A stretch of 64,000 bases of DNA from the NCBI RefSeq assembly GCF_035554175.1, contig NZ_DATMIV010000018.1:84076-148075 (forward strand). Direction: 5' to 3'. Each line of letters begins with the position of its first letter. Position 1 is the first letter of the stretch. This DNA is from Pseudomonas sp. (lineage in GTDB: Bacteria; Pseudomonadota; Gammaproteobacteria; Pseudomonadales; Pseudomonadaceae). The position numbers and the translations under genes were made by a program. Under the pieces are notes generated by a model. That model was not told the origin of the DNA and did no database searches. It was given only the letters and a program-made list of their open reading frames with translations. Positions 40,526-48,024 of the stretch are shown one piece after another.

Positions 40526-41236
40526 TTATGTGATCAACTGGCGGACGGCGAGCAGCAGGAGGAAATGCATGGGATACAGGGCATACGCCCAGCGCCGCAT
40601 CGGCGGTGGCTGCAGATGTCGCCCATGTCGTAACAAGAACATCCCCAACATCGGCGCAAACAGGCATGTAGCCAGACCGAGAATCGCCACGCTGTTGCCG
40701 AACCGCGCCGAGTCGAGCAACACCTGCCATTGATTCGCCGCCAGACATACCAGCCCCGGCAACAGGCTGAAATACCACGGGCGGCGGAACACCAGCAGCA
40801 GCGCCAACGGCAGCAGCACGCCAGAGAAACCGAACATCAGTCGCTCTGAAAACACCAACGCCACCACTAGTGCGGCCAGTGCGAGCAAACGCGCCACCGA
40901 CGATGAATCCTGCCAGCCCCGCGCCACCAGCAGGCCCAACGCCAGAGTCGGTAGCACGTTCAGGGTGTCCGGATCGGGTATGTACAAGCGATACGGAATT
41001 TCACTGATTGCGCTGAACAGCATCAGCCAGCCCGGATAACGCCATTCCATTTTCCTCGAACCATTGCGCGCCAGGTTCGCCGCCATCGCCAGGCAAAACC
41101 AAGGAAACGCCAGGCGCCCGGGTACATACAGCCAATCGACGGAGAACCCGACGTAGCGCAGGTGATCGAGCACCATGCTCAGCAGCGCCAGCCACTTGAG
41201 CAGATCCAGAGCGCCGTCGCGTTGGCTCAGGTGCAT
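40526..41236 (-). CDS. TraX-family membrane protein
   Basis: Polytopic membrane protein starting MHLSQRDGALDLLKWLALLSMVLDHL. Family call is from memory. Confidence 0.65.
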   Translation of the reverse strand: MHLSQRDGALDLLKWLALLSMVLDHLRYVGFSVDWLYVPGRLAFPWFCLAMAANLARNGSRKMEWRYPGWLMLFSAISEIPYRLYIPDPDTLNVLPTLALGLLVARGWQDSSSVARLLALAALVVALVFSERLMFGFSGVLLPLALLLVFRRPWYFSLLPGLVCLAANQWQVLLDSARFGNSVAILGLATCLFAPMLGMFLLRHGRHLQPPPMRRWAYALYPMHFLLLLAVRQLIT

Positions 41237-41362
41237 AATCGGCCCATAAACTGGTAATTTTCTGCACCCGACATCGCATGTGCTCCCCGGAAGATCTTCG
41301 GTAAAGTGCGCATCCTCATTGACCACGAGCCTTCACAAGAGTCTCGATTACGGAAGCCGGCC

Positions 41363-42403
41363 ATGACCGACAAGAGCCAACAATTCGCCAGCGACAACTA
41401 TTCCGGTATCTGCCCTGAAGCCTGGGCCGCCATGGAACAGGCCAATCACGGCCACCAGCGCGCCTACGGCGACGATGAATGGACCGCCCGCGCGGCCGAT
41501 CATTTCCGCAAATTGTTCGAAACCGACTGCGAAGTGTTCTTCGCCTTCAACGGCACCGCCGCCAACTCGCTGGCCCTGTCGTCGCTGTGCCAGAGTTACC
41601 ACAGCGTGATCTGCTCGGAAACCGCTCATGTCGAAACCGACGAATGCGGCGCTCCGGAATTCTTCTCCAACGGTTCGAAACTGCTGATTGCCGGTACCGA
41701 AAACGGCAAGATCACCCCGCAGTCGATCCGCGAAGTCGCGCTCAAGCGTCAGGACATCCATTACCCGAAACCACGCGTGGTGACCCTGACCCAGGCCACC
41801 GAAGTCGGCAGCGTCTACACCCCGGAAGAAGTCCGAGCGATCAGCGCCACCTGCAAGGAATTGGGCCTGCACCTGCACATGGATGGCGCGCGTTTTTCCA
41901 ACGCCTGCGCATTCCTCGGCTGCTCGCCTGCCGACCTGACCTGGAAGGCCGGCGTCGACGTGCTGTGCTTCGGTGGCACCAAGAACGGCATGGCGGTGGG
42001 TGAGGCGATCCTGTTCTTCAACCACAAACTGGCCGAAGACTTCGATTACCGCTGCAAACAGGCCGGGCAATTGGCCTCGAAGATGCGCTTTCTGTCGGCG
42101 CCGTGGGTCGGCATTCTGGAAAACGACGCCTGGCTCAAATACGCCCGCCACGCCAACCACTGCGCGCAACTGCTGGCCGAACTGGTCAGCGACATCCCTG
42201 GCGTCGAGCTGATGTTCCCGGTGCAGGCCAACGGCGTGTTCCTGCAACTGTCCGAGCCAGCGATCGCCGCGCTGACCGCGAAGAACTGGCGCTTCTACAC
42301 CTTCATCGGCAAGGGCGGCGCACGCTTCATGTGCTCCTGGGACACCGAAGAAGAACGCGTGCGCGAACTGGCGCGCGATATTCGCGAAGTGATGTCGGCC
42401 TGA
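41363..42403 (+). CDS. ltaE: low-specificity L-threonine aldolase
   Basis: MTDKSQQFASDNYSGICPEAW...; PLP fold with FGGTKNG lysine motif. Confidence 0.85.
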   Translation: MTDKSQQFASDNYSGICPEAWAAMEQANHGHQRAYGDDEWTARAADHFRKLFETDCEVFFAFNGTAANSLALSSLCQSYHSVICSETAHVETDECGAPEFFSNGSKLLIAGTENGKITPQSIREVALKRQDIHYPKPRVVTLTQATEVGSVYTPEEVRAISATCKELGLHLHMDGARFSNACAFLGCSPADLTWKAGVDVLCFGGTKNGMAVGEAILFFNHKLAEDFDYRCKQAGQLASKMRFLSAPWVGILENDAWLKYARHANHCAQLLAELVSDIPGVELMFPVQANGVFLQLSEPAIAALTAKNWRFYTFIGKGGARFMCSWDTEEERVRELARDIREVMSA

Positions 42404-42415
42404 TTCCCACCACAT

Positions 42416-42443
42416 TGATCGTTCCCACGCGTGGGAACGATCA
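42416..42443. terminator. perfect 28-bp palindrome between convergent ltaE and gbcB
   Basis: TGATCGTTCCCACG/CGTGGGAACGATCA. No U-tracts, so it is more a REP-like hairpin than a canonical terminator. Confidence 0.5.
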
Positions 42444-42467
42444 GCTGTCGTGCGCGTGAACTCCTTA

Positions 42468-43568
42468 TTAAAACTCGATACGCACATCCCCCTTCGGCAC
42501 GCTGCAGCACGACAAGATAAATCCTTCAGCCTCGTCGTCCTCGGTAATCCCGCCGTTGTGCTCCATCTCCACTTCGCCCCCCAGTTTCAGCACCTTGCAG
42601 GTGCCGCAAATACCCATGCCGCAGGCTTTCGGGATCATCAGGCCGAGCTTGGCGGCTGCCGCGTGGACGGTTTCGCCCGGGCCGACGCGAATGCTTTTGC
42701 CGGAGGCGGTGAATTCAACCTGGTGCAGATCCGCCGCGTCGACTTCCGGAGCATCGGCGGCCTGTTCGGCCTGTTCCACCGCATCGGCGCGGGCCTCGGG
42801 TGGCGTCGCGCCGAAAGATTCTTCGTGGTAGCGCGACATGTCATAGCCGGCCGCTTCCAGCAGACGCTTGACCGCAGTCATGTAAGGCGTCGGGCCGCAG
42901 CAGAACACTTCGCGTTCGAGAAAGTCCGGCACCATCAGTTCGAGCATCTTGTGATTCAGATAACCGCGATAGCCGGCCCAGGGCTCACCGAGGCCGTGCT
43001 TCTCACAGATCAGGTGCAGGCTGAAGTTGTCGATCCGCGACGCCATATGCTCCAGCTCGCGGTGATAAATGATGTCTTTGGGCGAGCGCGCGCTGTGCAC
43101 GAAGGTCATGTCGACGTTGGCATTGGTGTCATAGAACCAGCGCGCCATCGACATGCACGGGGTGATGCCGACGCCGCCGCTGAGATAAAGGACTTTCGGG
43201 CTGGGGAAGTCGATCGCGTTGAACAGCCCGACCGGGCCGTGCACCGCCAGCTCCTGACCTTCATGGAGGGTGTCGTGCAACCAGTTGGAGACCTTGCCGC
43301 CCGGCACGCGCTTGATCGTTACCGAAAAACTGTACGGCACCGACGGCGAGCTGGAGATCGTGTACGAACGCATGATCGGCTGGCCTTCGATTTCCAGCTC
43401 CAGGGTGACGAACTGCCCGGGCTTGAAGAAGAACAGGATCGGCTGGTCGGCCATAAAGCAGAAAGTGCGCACATCCCAGGTTTCCTGGATGACTTTGACG
43501 CAACGGACAATGTGTCGGCCATTGGCCCAGGTCTGGGTGGTGACCGGATTCAGGAAGCTGTTGGACAT
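42468..43568 (-). CDS. gbcB: glycine betaine demethylase reductase component (FNR-like plus plant-type 2Fe-2S)
   Basis: RSYTISS flavin motif, an NAD domain, and C-terminal C..GICGTC...C. Start set at MSNSFLNP after GGAGAA. Divergent from gbcA. Confidence 0.85.
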   Translation of the reverse strand: MSNSFLNPVTTQTWANGRHIVRCVKVIQETWDVRTFCFMADQPILFFFKPGQFVTLELEIEGQPIMRSYTISSSPSVPYSFSVTIKRVPGGKVSNWLHDTLHEGQELAVHGPVGLFNAIDFPSPKVLYLSGGVGITPCMSMARWFYDTNANVDMTFVHSARSPKDIIYHRELEHMASRIDNFSLHLICEKHGLGEPWAGYRGYLNHKMLELMVPDFLEREVFCCGPTPYMTAVKRLLEAAGYDMSRYHEESFGATPPEARADAVEQAEQAADAPEVDAADLHQVEFTASGKSIRVGPGETVHAAAAKLGLMIPKACGMGICGTCKVLKLGGEVEMEHNGGITEDDEAEGFILSCCSVPKGDVRIEF

Positions 43569-43863
43569 GCTGTTCTCCACGGCCGACTGTCGGCCTCATG
43601 TCGGCGATTCTGCGTATAGCGCGAACCGTGCGTTTACCTATCCGCGACATTGACATACTTATCGCGACCAGCCCCCAACCACCGGGCCTTGCGCGTCGGG
43701 AACAGATTGCACCATGTCGCCCATGGATAAGGTTCGGGGCAGCGCCGGCCCCACACTCGCCTCACACAAGACGACTTCTTTACACCTTGCGTAGCAACCG
43801 TTTTGCAGCACACCTGATCAGCCACTTTCGCCGGCCACGCAGAGGGCCATGAGGATTACATCG

Positions 43864-45159
43864 ATGGACGTCACCGCAAAAATCAGCCTGGGCGATCCGC
43901 TGGAACCCGCACGCAAGGCCACCGCGCAAATGCTTCAGGAGCGCGAACGCACCTTTTCGCTGCCGCAGCCGTTCTACAGTGACGAGCGGCTGTTCGATAT
44001 CGACATGCAGGAAATTTTCCAGAAAGAGTGGTTGATCGCTGGCATGACCTGCGAGATCCCGGCCAAGGGCAATTACCTGACCCTGCAGGTCGGCAAGAAT
44101 CCGATCATCGTCATTCGTGGTGCCGAAGGCGTGGTGCATGCGTTCCACAACGTCTGCCGCCACCGTGGTTCGCGCCTGTGCACAAGCGACAAGGGCAAGG
44201 TCGCCAAACTGGTCTGCCACTATCACCAGTGGACGTATGAACTGGACGGGCGCCTGCTGTTCGCCGGCACCGAGATGGGCGCCGACTTCGACATGAATCA
44301 GTACGGCCTGAAACCGGTGAACGTGAAGACTGCCGGCGGCTACATCTTCATCAGCCTGGCCGAGAATCCGCCGGCCATCGATGACTTCCTGTCGACGCTC
44401 AACCATTACATGGAACCGTACGACATGGAGAACACCAAGGTGGCGATCACCACCACCTTGATGGAAAAGGCCAACTGGAAACTGGTGCTGGAAAACAACC
44501 GCGAGTGCTACCACTGCAACGCGTCGCACCCGGAGCTGCTGAAAACCCTGCTGGAATGGGACGACGTCACCGACCCGCGCGCCGATCAGGCGTTCAAGGA
44601 TCACGTCGCCGCCTCCGCCGCCGCCTGGGAAGCCGAGAAGATCCCTTACGCCCACGCCAGTTTCGGCCTGCGCAACCGCATCGTGCGCATGCCGCTGCTC
44701 AAGGGCACTGTGTCGATGACTCTCGATGGCAAACAGGGCTGCGCCAAACTGATGGGCCGGATCAAGAACCCGGATCTGGGTTCGATGCGCATCCTGCACC
44801 TGCCGCACTCGTGGAACCACTGCATGGGCGACCACATCATCGTCTTCACCGTGTGGCCGATCAGCGCCCAGGAAACCATGGTCACTACCAAATGGCTGGT
44901 ACACAAAGACGCGGTGGAAGGCGTCGATTACGACGTCGAGCGCATGCGCCAGGTGTGGGACGCCACCAACGACCAGGATCGCCGGCTGGCCGAAGAAAAC
45001 CAGCGCGGAATCAACTCCACCGCCTACCAGCCGGGGCCTTACTCCAAGACTTACGAGTTTGGCGTGGTCAACTTCGTGGACTGGTACAGCGAGCGGATGC
45101 TGAACAACCTCGGGGCTGAGCCTGCACCTTATCTCAAAGGCGTCCCGGTTCAGGGCTGA
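43864..45159 (+). CDS. gbcA: glycine betaine demethylase Rieske oxygenase component
   Basis: Rieske motif CRHRGSRLC...CHYHQW and mononuclear-iron region ENNRECYHCNASHPE. ATG 43864 follows GAGGA. Confidence 0.9.
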   Translation: MDVTAKISLGDPLEPARKATAQMLQERERTFSLPQPFYSDERLFDIDMQEIFQKEWLIAGMTCEIPAKGNYLTLQVGKNPIIVIRGAEGVVHAFHNVCRHRGSRLCTSDKGKVAKLVCHYHQWTYELDGRLLFAGTEMGADFDMNQYGLKPVNVKTAGGYIFISLAENPPAIDDFLSTLNHYMEPYDMENTKVAITTTLMEKANWKLVLENNRECYHCNASHPELLKTLLEWDDVTDPRADQAFKDHVAASAAAWEAEKIPYAHASFGLRNRIVRMPLLKGTVSMTLDGKQGCAKLMGRIKNPDLGSMRILHLPHSWNHCMGDHIIVFTVWPISAQETMVTTKWLVHKDAVEGVDYDVERMRQVWDATNDQDRRLAEENQRGINSTAYQPGPYSKTYEFGVVNFVDWYSERMLNNLGAEPAPYLKGVPVQG

Positions 45160-45170
45160 TCAAGATCCAG

Positions 45171-45236
45171 GATCGCAGCCTGCGGCAGCTCCTACAGGTG
45201 GAACGCACTCCCTTGTAGGAGCGAGCCTGCTCGCGA
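45171..45236. repeat. chimeric REP pair: family-B-like left arm, family-A-like right arm
   Basis: GATCGCAGCCTGCGGCAGCTCCTACAGG ... TTGTAGGAGCGAGCCTGCTCGCGA. Only the GCTCCTACA/TGTAGGAGC cores are complementary. Confidence 0.7.
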
Positions 45237-45336
45237 TAGCAATCTCACATTCGACACAACCCGCCTGGTTGAACAATTTCTGATCAACCACCCCGGCCCC
45301 CATACCCACCAAGCCCCCCAGCCTTCCGCAAACAAG

Positions 45337-45345
45337 TTATCCACA
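45337..45345 (+). promoter_or_regulatory. perfect DnaA box TTATCCACA (array unit 1)
   Basis: Exact 9-mer. An opposite-orientation one-mismatch box, TGTGGATGA, is at 45373. Confidence 0.7.
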
Positions 45346-45518
45346 TACCCACCCACAGCTAATGGGGGTAACTGTGGATGAGTCTTGAAATATCTTGCTG
45401 ATTCACAAAGAAAAACCGTGACTTATTCGGAATCACGGTTTCAGAAAACGATTGCCTGTTTTTTGATCAGCCAGCTGCAAGCCACGGATTTAACGGTCTG
45501 TAGCGGGCAGCAAACACG

Positions 45519-45527
45519 TTATCCACA
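45519..45527 (+). promoter_or_regulatory. perfect DnaA box TTATCCACA (array unit 2)
   Basis: Exact 9-mer, 182 bp after unit 1. It is followed by two TGTGGAAAA boxes at 45566 and 45586. Confidence 0.7.
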
Positions 45528-45700
45528 GAAGCACCAACAGAGATCGGGGGTAACTCTGGCTTCGCTGTGGAAAAGCGGATCCGGCTGTGGAAAAACGCTC
45601 GCTAATGAGGTGCTCACCGTAGAAAAGCGTCACTTGATCAATAATTGAGCAAATCTCTGTAAACCCCGGTTCATATGTCCTGCAGCCGTTAGCGAACATC

Positions 45701-45709
45701 TTATCCACA
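45701..45709 (+). promoter_or_regulatory. perfect DnaA box TTATCCACA (array unit 3)
   Basis: Exact 9-mer, 182 bp after unit 2. Confidence 0.7.
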
Positions 45710-45850
45710 GAAGCGCCAACAGAGATTGGGGGCAAGTTTTCGCGTTACTCAAAGAAAAAAGCCCTGAAAATCCGTCACTTAAGCTGGCTGTTTTTTGATC
45801 GAAAGCTCGCAGGGCTTGATGGGCGAGGCCTGCAGGGAGGGGCGAACATG

Positions 45851-45859
45851 TTATCCACA
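45851..45859 (+). promoter_or_regulatory. perfect DnaA box TTATCCACA (array unit 4)
   Basis: Exact 9-mer, 150 bp after unit 3. Confidence 0.7.
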
Positions 45860-45910
45860 GCTTCGCCAACAGGGAATGTGCGTAAGCCGCGATATCGCGA
45901 TTGCACATCT

Positions 45911-46006
45911 CGTAGGAGCTGACGAGTGAAACGAGGCTGCGATCTTTTGATTTTTAGAATCAAGGTCAAAAGATCGCAGCCTCGTTTCACTCGTCAGCTC
46001 CTACAG
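45911..46006. repeat. REPIN, family B variant with a compensated internal substitution
   Basis: Arms at 45911-45951 and 45965-46006. GCCGAAGG is replaced by GACGAGTGAAACGAGG in one arm and by its complement in the other. Confidence 0.85.
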
Positions 46007-46021
46007 AGGGTTGGCGGGGTT

Positions 46022-46792
46022 TCAGCGGACTACGCCTTCTTCGATAAGGAGCTTAAGGATCGCTTCAGCACCCGCCTGCGCAGTCACGCCCTTGAGCACT
46101 TGCCCACCGCCGCCACTGGCCTTGGCCGTCGCTGCCTTCATCCGGTCGGCGCCGCTCTTGGCCTTGATCACCTTCAGGCGCTTGGGCCGAGGCTTGGCCG
46201 GCTGCAGTGTGGCGCTGGCCAGAAGCTGGTCTTGCACCACTTCAACGTCATCGGCGGCCAACTCGCCACGCCGCGCCGGGCCATAGGCACTCTGTCGAGG
46301 TTTCGGTGCGGCGTTATCCACAGTTGCCAGAAACGGCAGTTTCACCTTCAATCGCCGCCGCTGGCCACGGGGCAACGCTTGCAGCACCAGCGCCGAACCG
46401 TCATTGATCGACTCGACCTGCGCCAGGCCCACCACCAGTGGCCAGCCCAACCCCTCGGCCAGCAGAAAGGGCAACATCCCCGAGCCTTCGCCGGTTTCCG
46501 CCTGACTGCCGGTCAACACCACCTGCGCCCCGGCGTCGCGCAGATACGTGGTCAGCGCGGGCAAGGCATCGGCCCCCGCTGGTTGTTCCAGCACATGCAG
46601 CTGTTCCAGGCCCATGCCCAGATACGCGCGCAGTGCCGGTTCCGCAACGTCGCCGGCGTGCAGCACTTGCAGGTTTTCCCCAGCCAGTTGCAGACCCAGC
46701 TCCACCGCGCGCGCGTCTTGATCGGCGCGGCGCGGACGACCGGAGGTCGGGTGGGCGCCGATGGAGACGAGGCTGATCACGTTAGTGCTCAT
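46022..46792 (-). CDS. electron transfer flavoprotein beta-subunit-like protein of the dimethylglycine demethylase cluster
   Basis: 256 aa from MSTNVISLVSIGAHPTSGRPRRA (ATG 46792), with an ETF-beta-like fold. Follows the etfA-like gene as in the PAO1 dgc cluster. Confidence 0.85.
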   Translation of the reverse strand: MSTNVISLVSIGAHPTSGRPRRADQDARAVELGLQLAGENLQVLHAGDVAEPALRAYLGMGLEQLHVLEQPAGADALPALTTYLRDAGAQVVLTGSQAETGEGSGMLPFLLAEGLGWPLVVGLAQVESINDGSALVLQALPRGQRRRLKVKLPFLATVDNAAPKPRQSAYGPARRGELAADDVEVVQDQLLASATLQPAKPRPKRLKVIKAKSGADRMKAATAKASGGGGQVLKGVTAQAGAEAILKLLIEEGVVR

Positions 46793-46803
46793 AACTGTTT
46801 TCC

Positions 46804-48024
46804 TTATGCCGCGTCGCGTCGGCCGTCGTTGCGGTAAGCCTCTACCGCTTCGATCAGGGCCTGCAGAATCTCTGCGCTTTCGCCGATCACCGAGAGGTCG
46901 GCGCGTTTGATCATGTCGCAACCCGGATCGAGGTTGATCGCCACCACCTTGTCGCAGGCACCGATGCCTTGCAGGTGCTGAATCGCCCCGGAAATGCCCA
47001 CCGCGACATATACCCGCGCGGTGACCCAGGTGCCGGACGCGCCGACCTGGCGATCGCGAGCCATGAAGCCATCGTCGACCGCCACGCGGGAAGCGCCTTC
47101 GGTGGCGCCCAGTGCGGCGGCAGTCTGGTGGAACAGCGTCCAGTCCTTGACGCCATTGCCGCCGGAGAAAATAAACTCGGCTTCGGCCATCGGGATCGCC
47201 GCCGGGTCGACCGCCACCGCGCCGAGATCTTCGATTCGCGACAGGCTGCGTGCAACGCTTGTGGATAACTCCACCGGCAACGCTTCATGACGGGTTTCGC
47301 TGACCGGTTCGGCGCATTCGGCAGCGGCGAGAATCAAACGCGCCATCGGCCGCGCCAGATCTTGCAGCCCGGCGCCAGCGCGGCCGATGCACTCCTGATC
47401 CTTGACCTGCCACACCCGTGTTGCCGGGCGTTCGCCCAATGCAGCCGCAAAGCGCCGACCCAGTTCGCCGCCACCGCTGCGGCTGTCCGGCAGCAACCAG
47501 TGCCGCGGGTTGAACTGGTTATCCACAGCGCGCAGACCCTGCACCCGTTGTTCCGGTGCATAACCGCTGAATTCTTCGCCTTCGAGCACCAGCAAGCGAT
47601 CAACGCCCGCCGTCGCAAACGCATTTTCCTTATGCTCGCCGAACACCACGGCGAGCACCGCACCGTCCGTGCCGGCCAGCTGATGGGCGAGGCCGAGCAA
47701 GTCGCGATCGTGGCTGCTCAGGCGCCCACCGACCATGTCCGGCACCACGCTGATGTAGAACGCCGGCGTCGGCACCTGATGCAGCGGCAATTGCACTTCA
47801 ACCGCAGCCGAGCGCTTGACCGCCCCGCCCTGCTGCGCGCCGCTGCGGTCGATCCGCTTGAGGCCGTTGGGGCCGATAAAGCCCACACCGTGCGGGTTCT
47901 TGCGGATGACCCCGTTGGGGCCCATCCAGCTGTGTTGCGCCGGTTGCATCGCTGCATGCAGCGGATGCAGACGGTTACGCGCAATCCATTCGGCGCGCGG
48001 GTCGCGGCGGATAATGTCGCTCAT
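46804..48024 (-). CDS. electron transfer flavoprotein alpha-subunit-like protein (long N-terminal extension)
   Basis: C-terminal ETF-alpha FAD domain (IFSGGNG...VYVAVGISGAIQHLQG). ATG 48024 overlaps the dgcB stop (ATGA). Confidence 0.85.
   Translation of the reverse strand: MSDIIRRDPRAEWIARNRLHPLHAAMQPAQHSWMGPNGVIRKNPHGVGFIGPNGLKRIDRSGAQQGGAVKRSAAVEVQLPLHQVPTPAFYISVVPDMVGGRLSSHDRDLLGLAHQLAGTDGAVLAVVFGEHKENAFATAGVDRLLVLEGEEFSGYAPEQRVQGLRAVDNQFNPRHWLLPDSRSGGGELGRRFAAALGERPATRVWQVKDQECIGRAGAGLQDLARPMARLILAAAECAEPVSETRHEALPVELSTSVARSLSRIEDLGAVAVDPAAIPMAEAEFIFSGGNGVKDWTLFHQTAAALGATEGASRVAVDDGFMARDRQVGASGTWVTARVYVAVGISGAIQHLQGIGACDKVVAINLDPGCDMIKRADLSVIGESAEILQALIEAVEAYRNDGRRDAA

Noticed and set aside
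45385-45648. 87-aa ORF inside the DnaA-box array.
   Set aside because: It has a non-ATG start and no Shine-Dalgarno sequence. Its composition is atypical for the host, and it spans repeat-unit boundaries. I treat the region as non-coding.
45160-46020. Possibility that the gbcA/etfB gap encodes a CrcZ/CrcY-like or RsmX/Y/Z-like sRNA.
   Set aside because: There are no repeated AACAACAA-type CA motifs, no GGA-loop repeats, no sigma-54 or GacA upstream box, and no terminal Rho-independent terminator.
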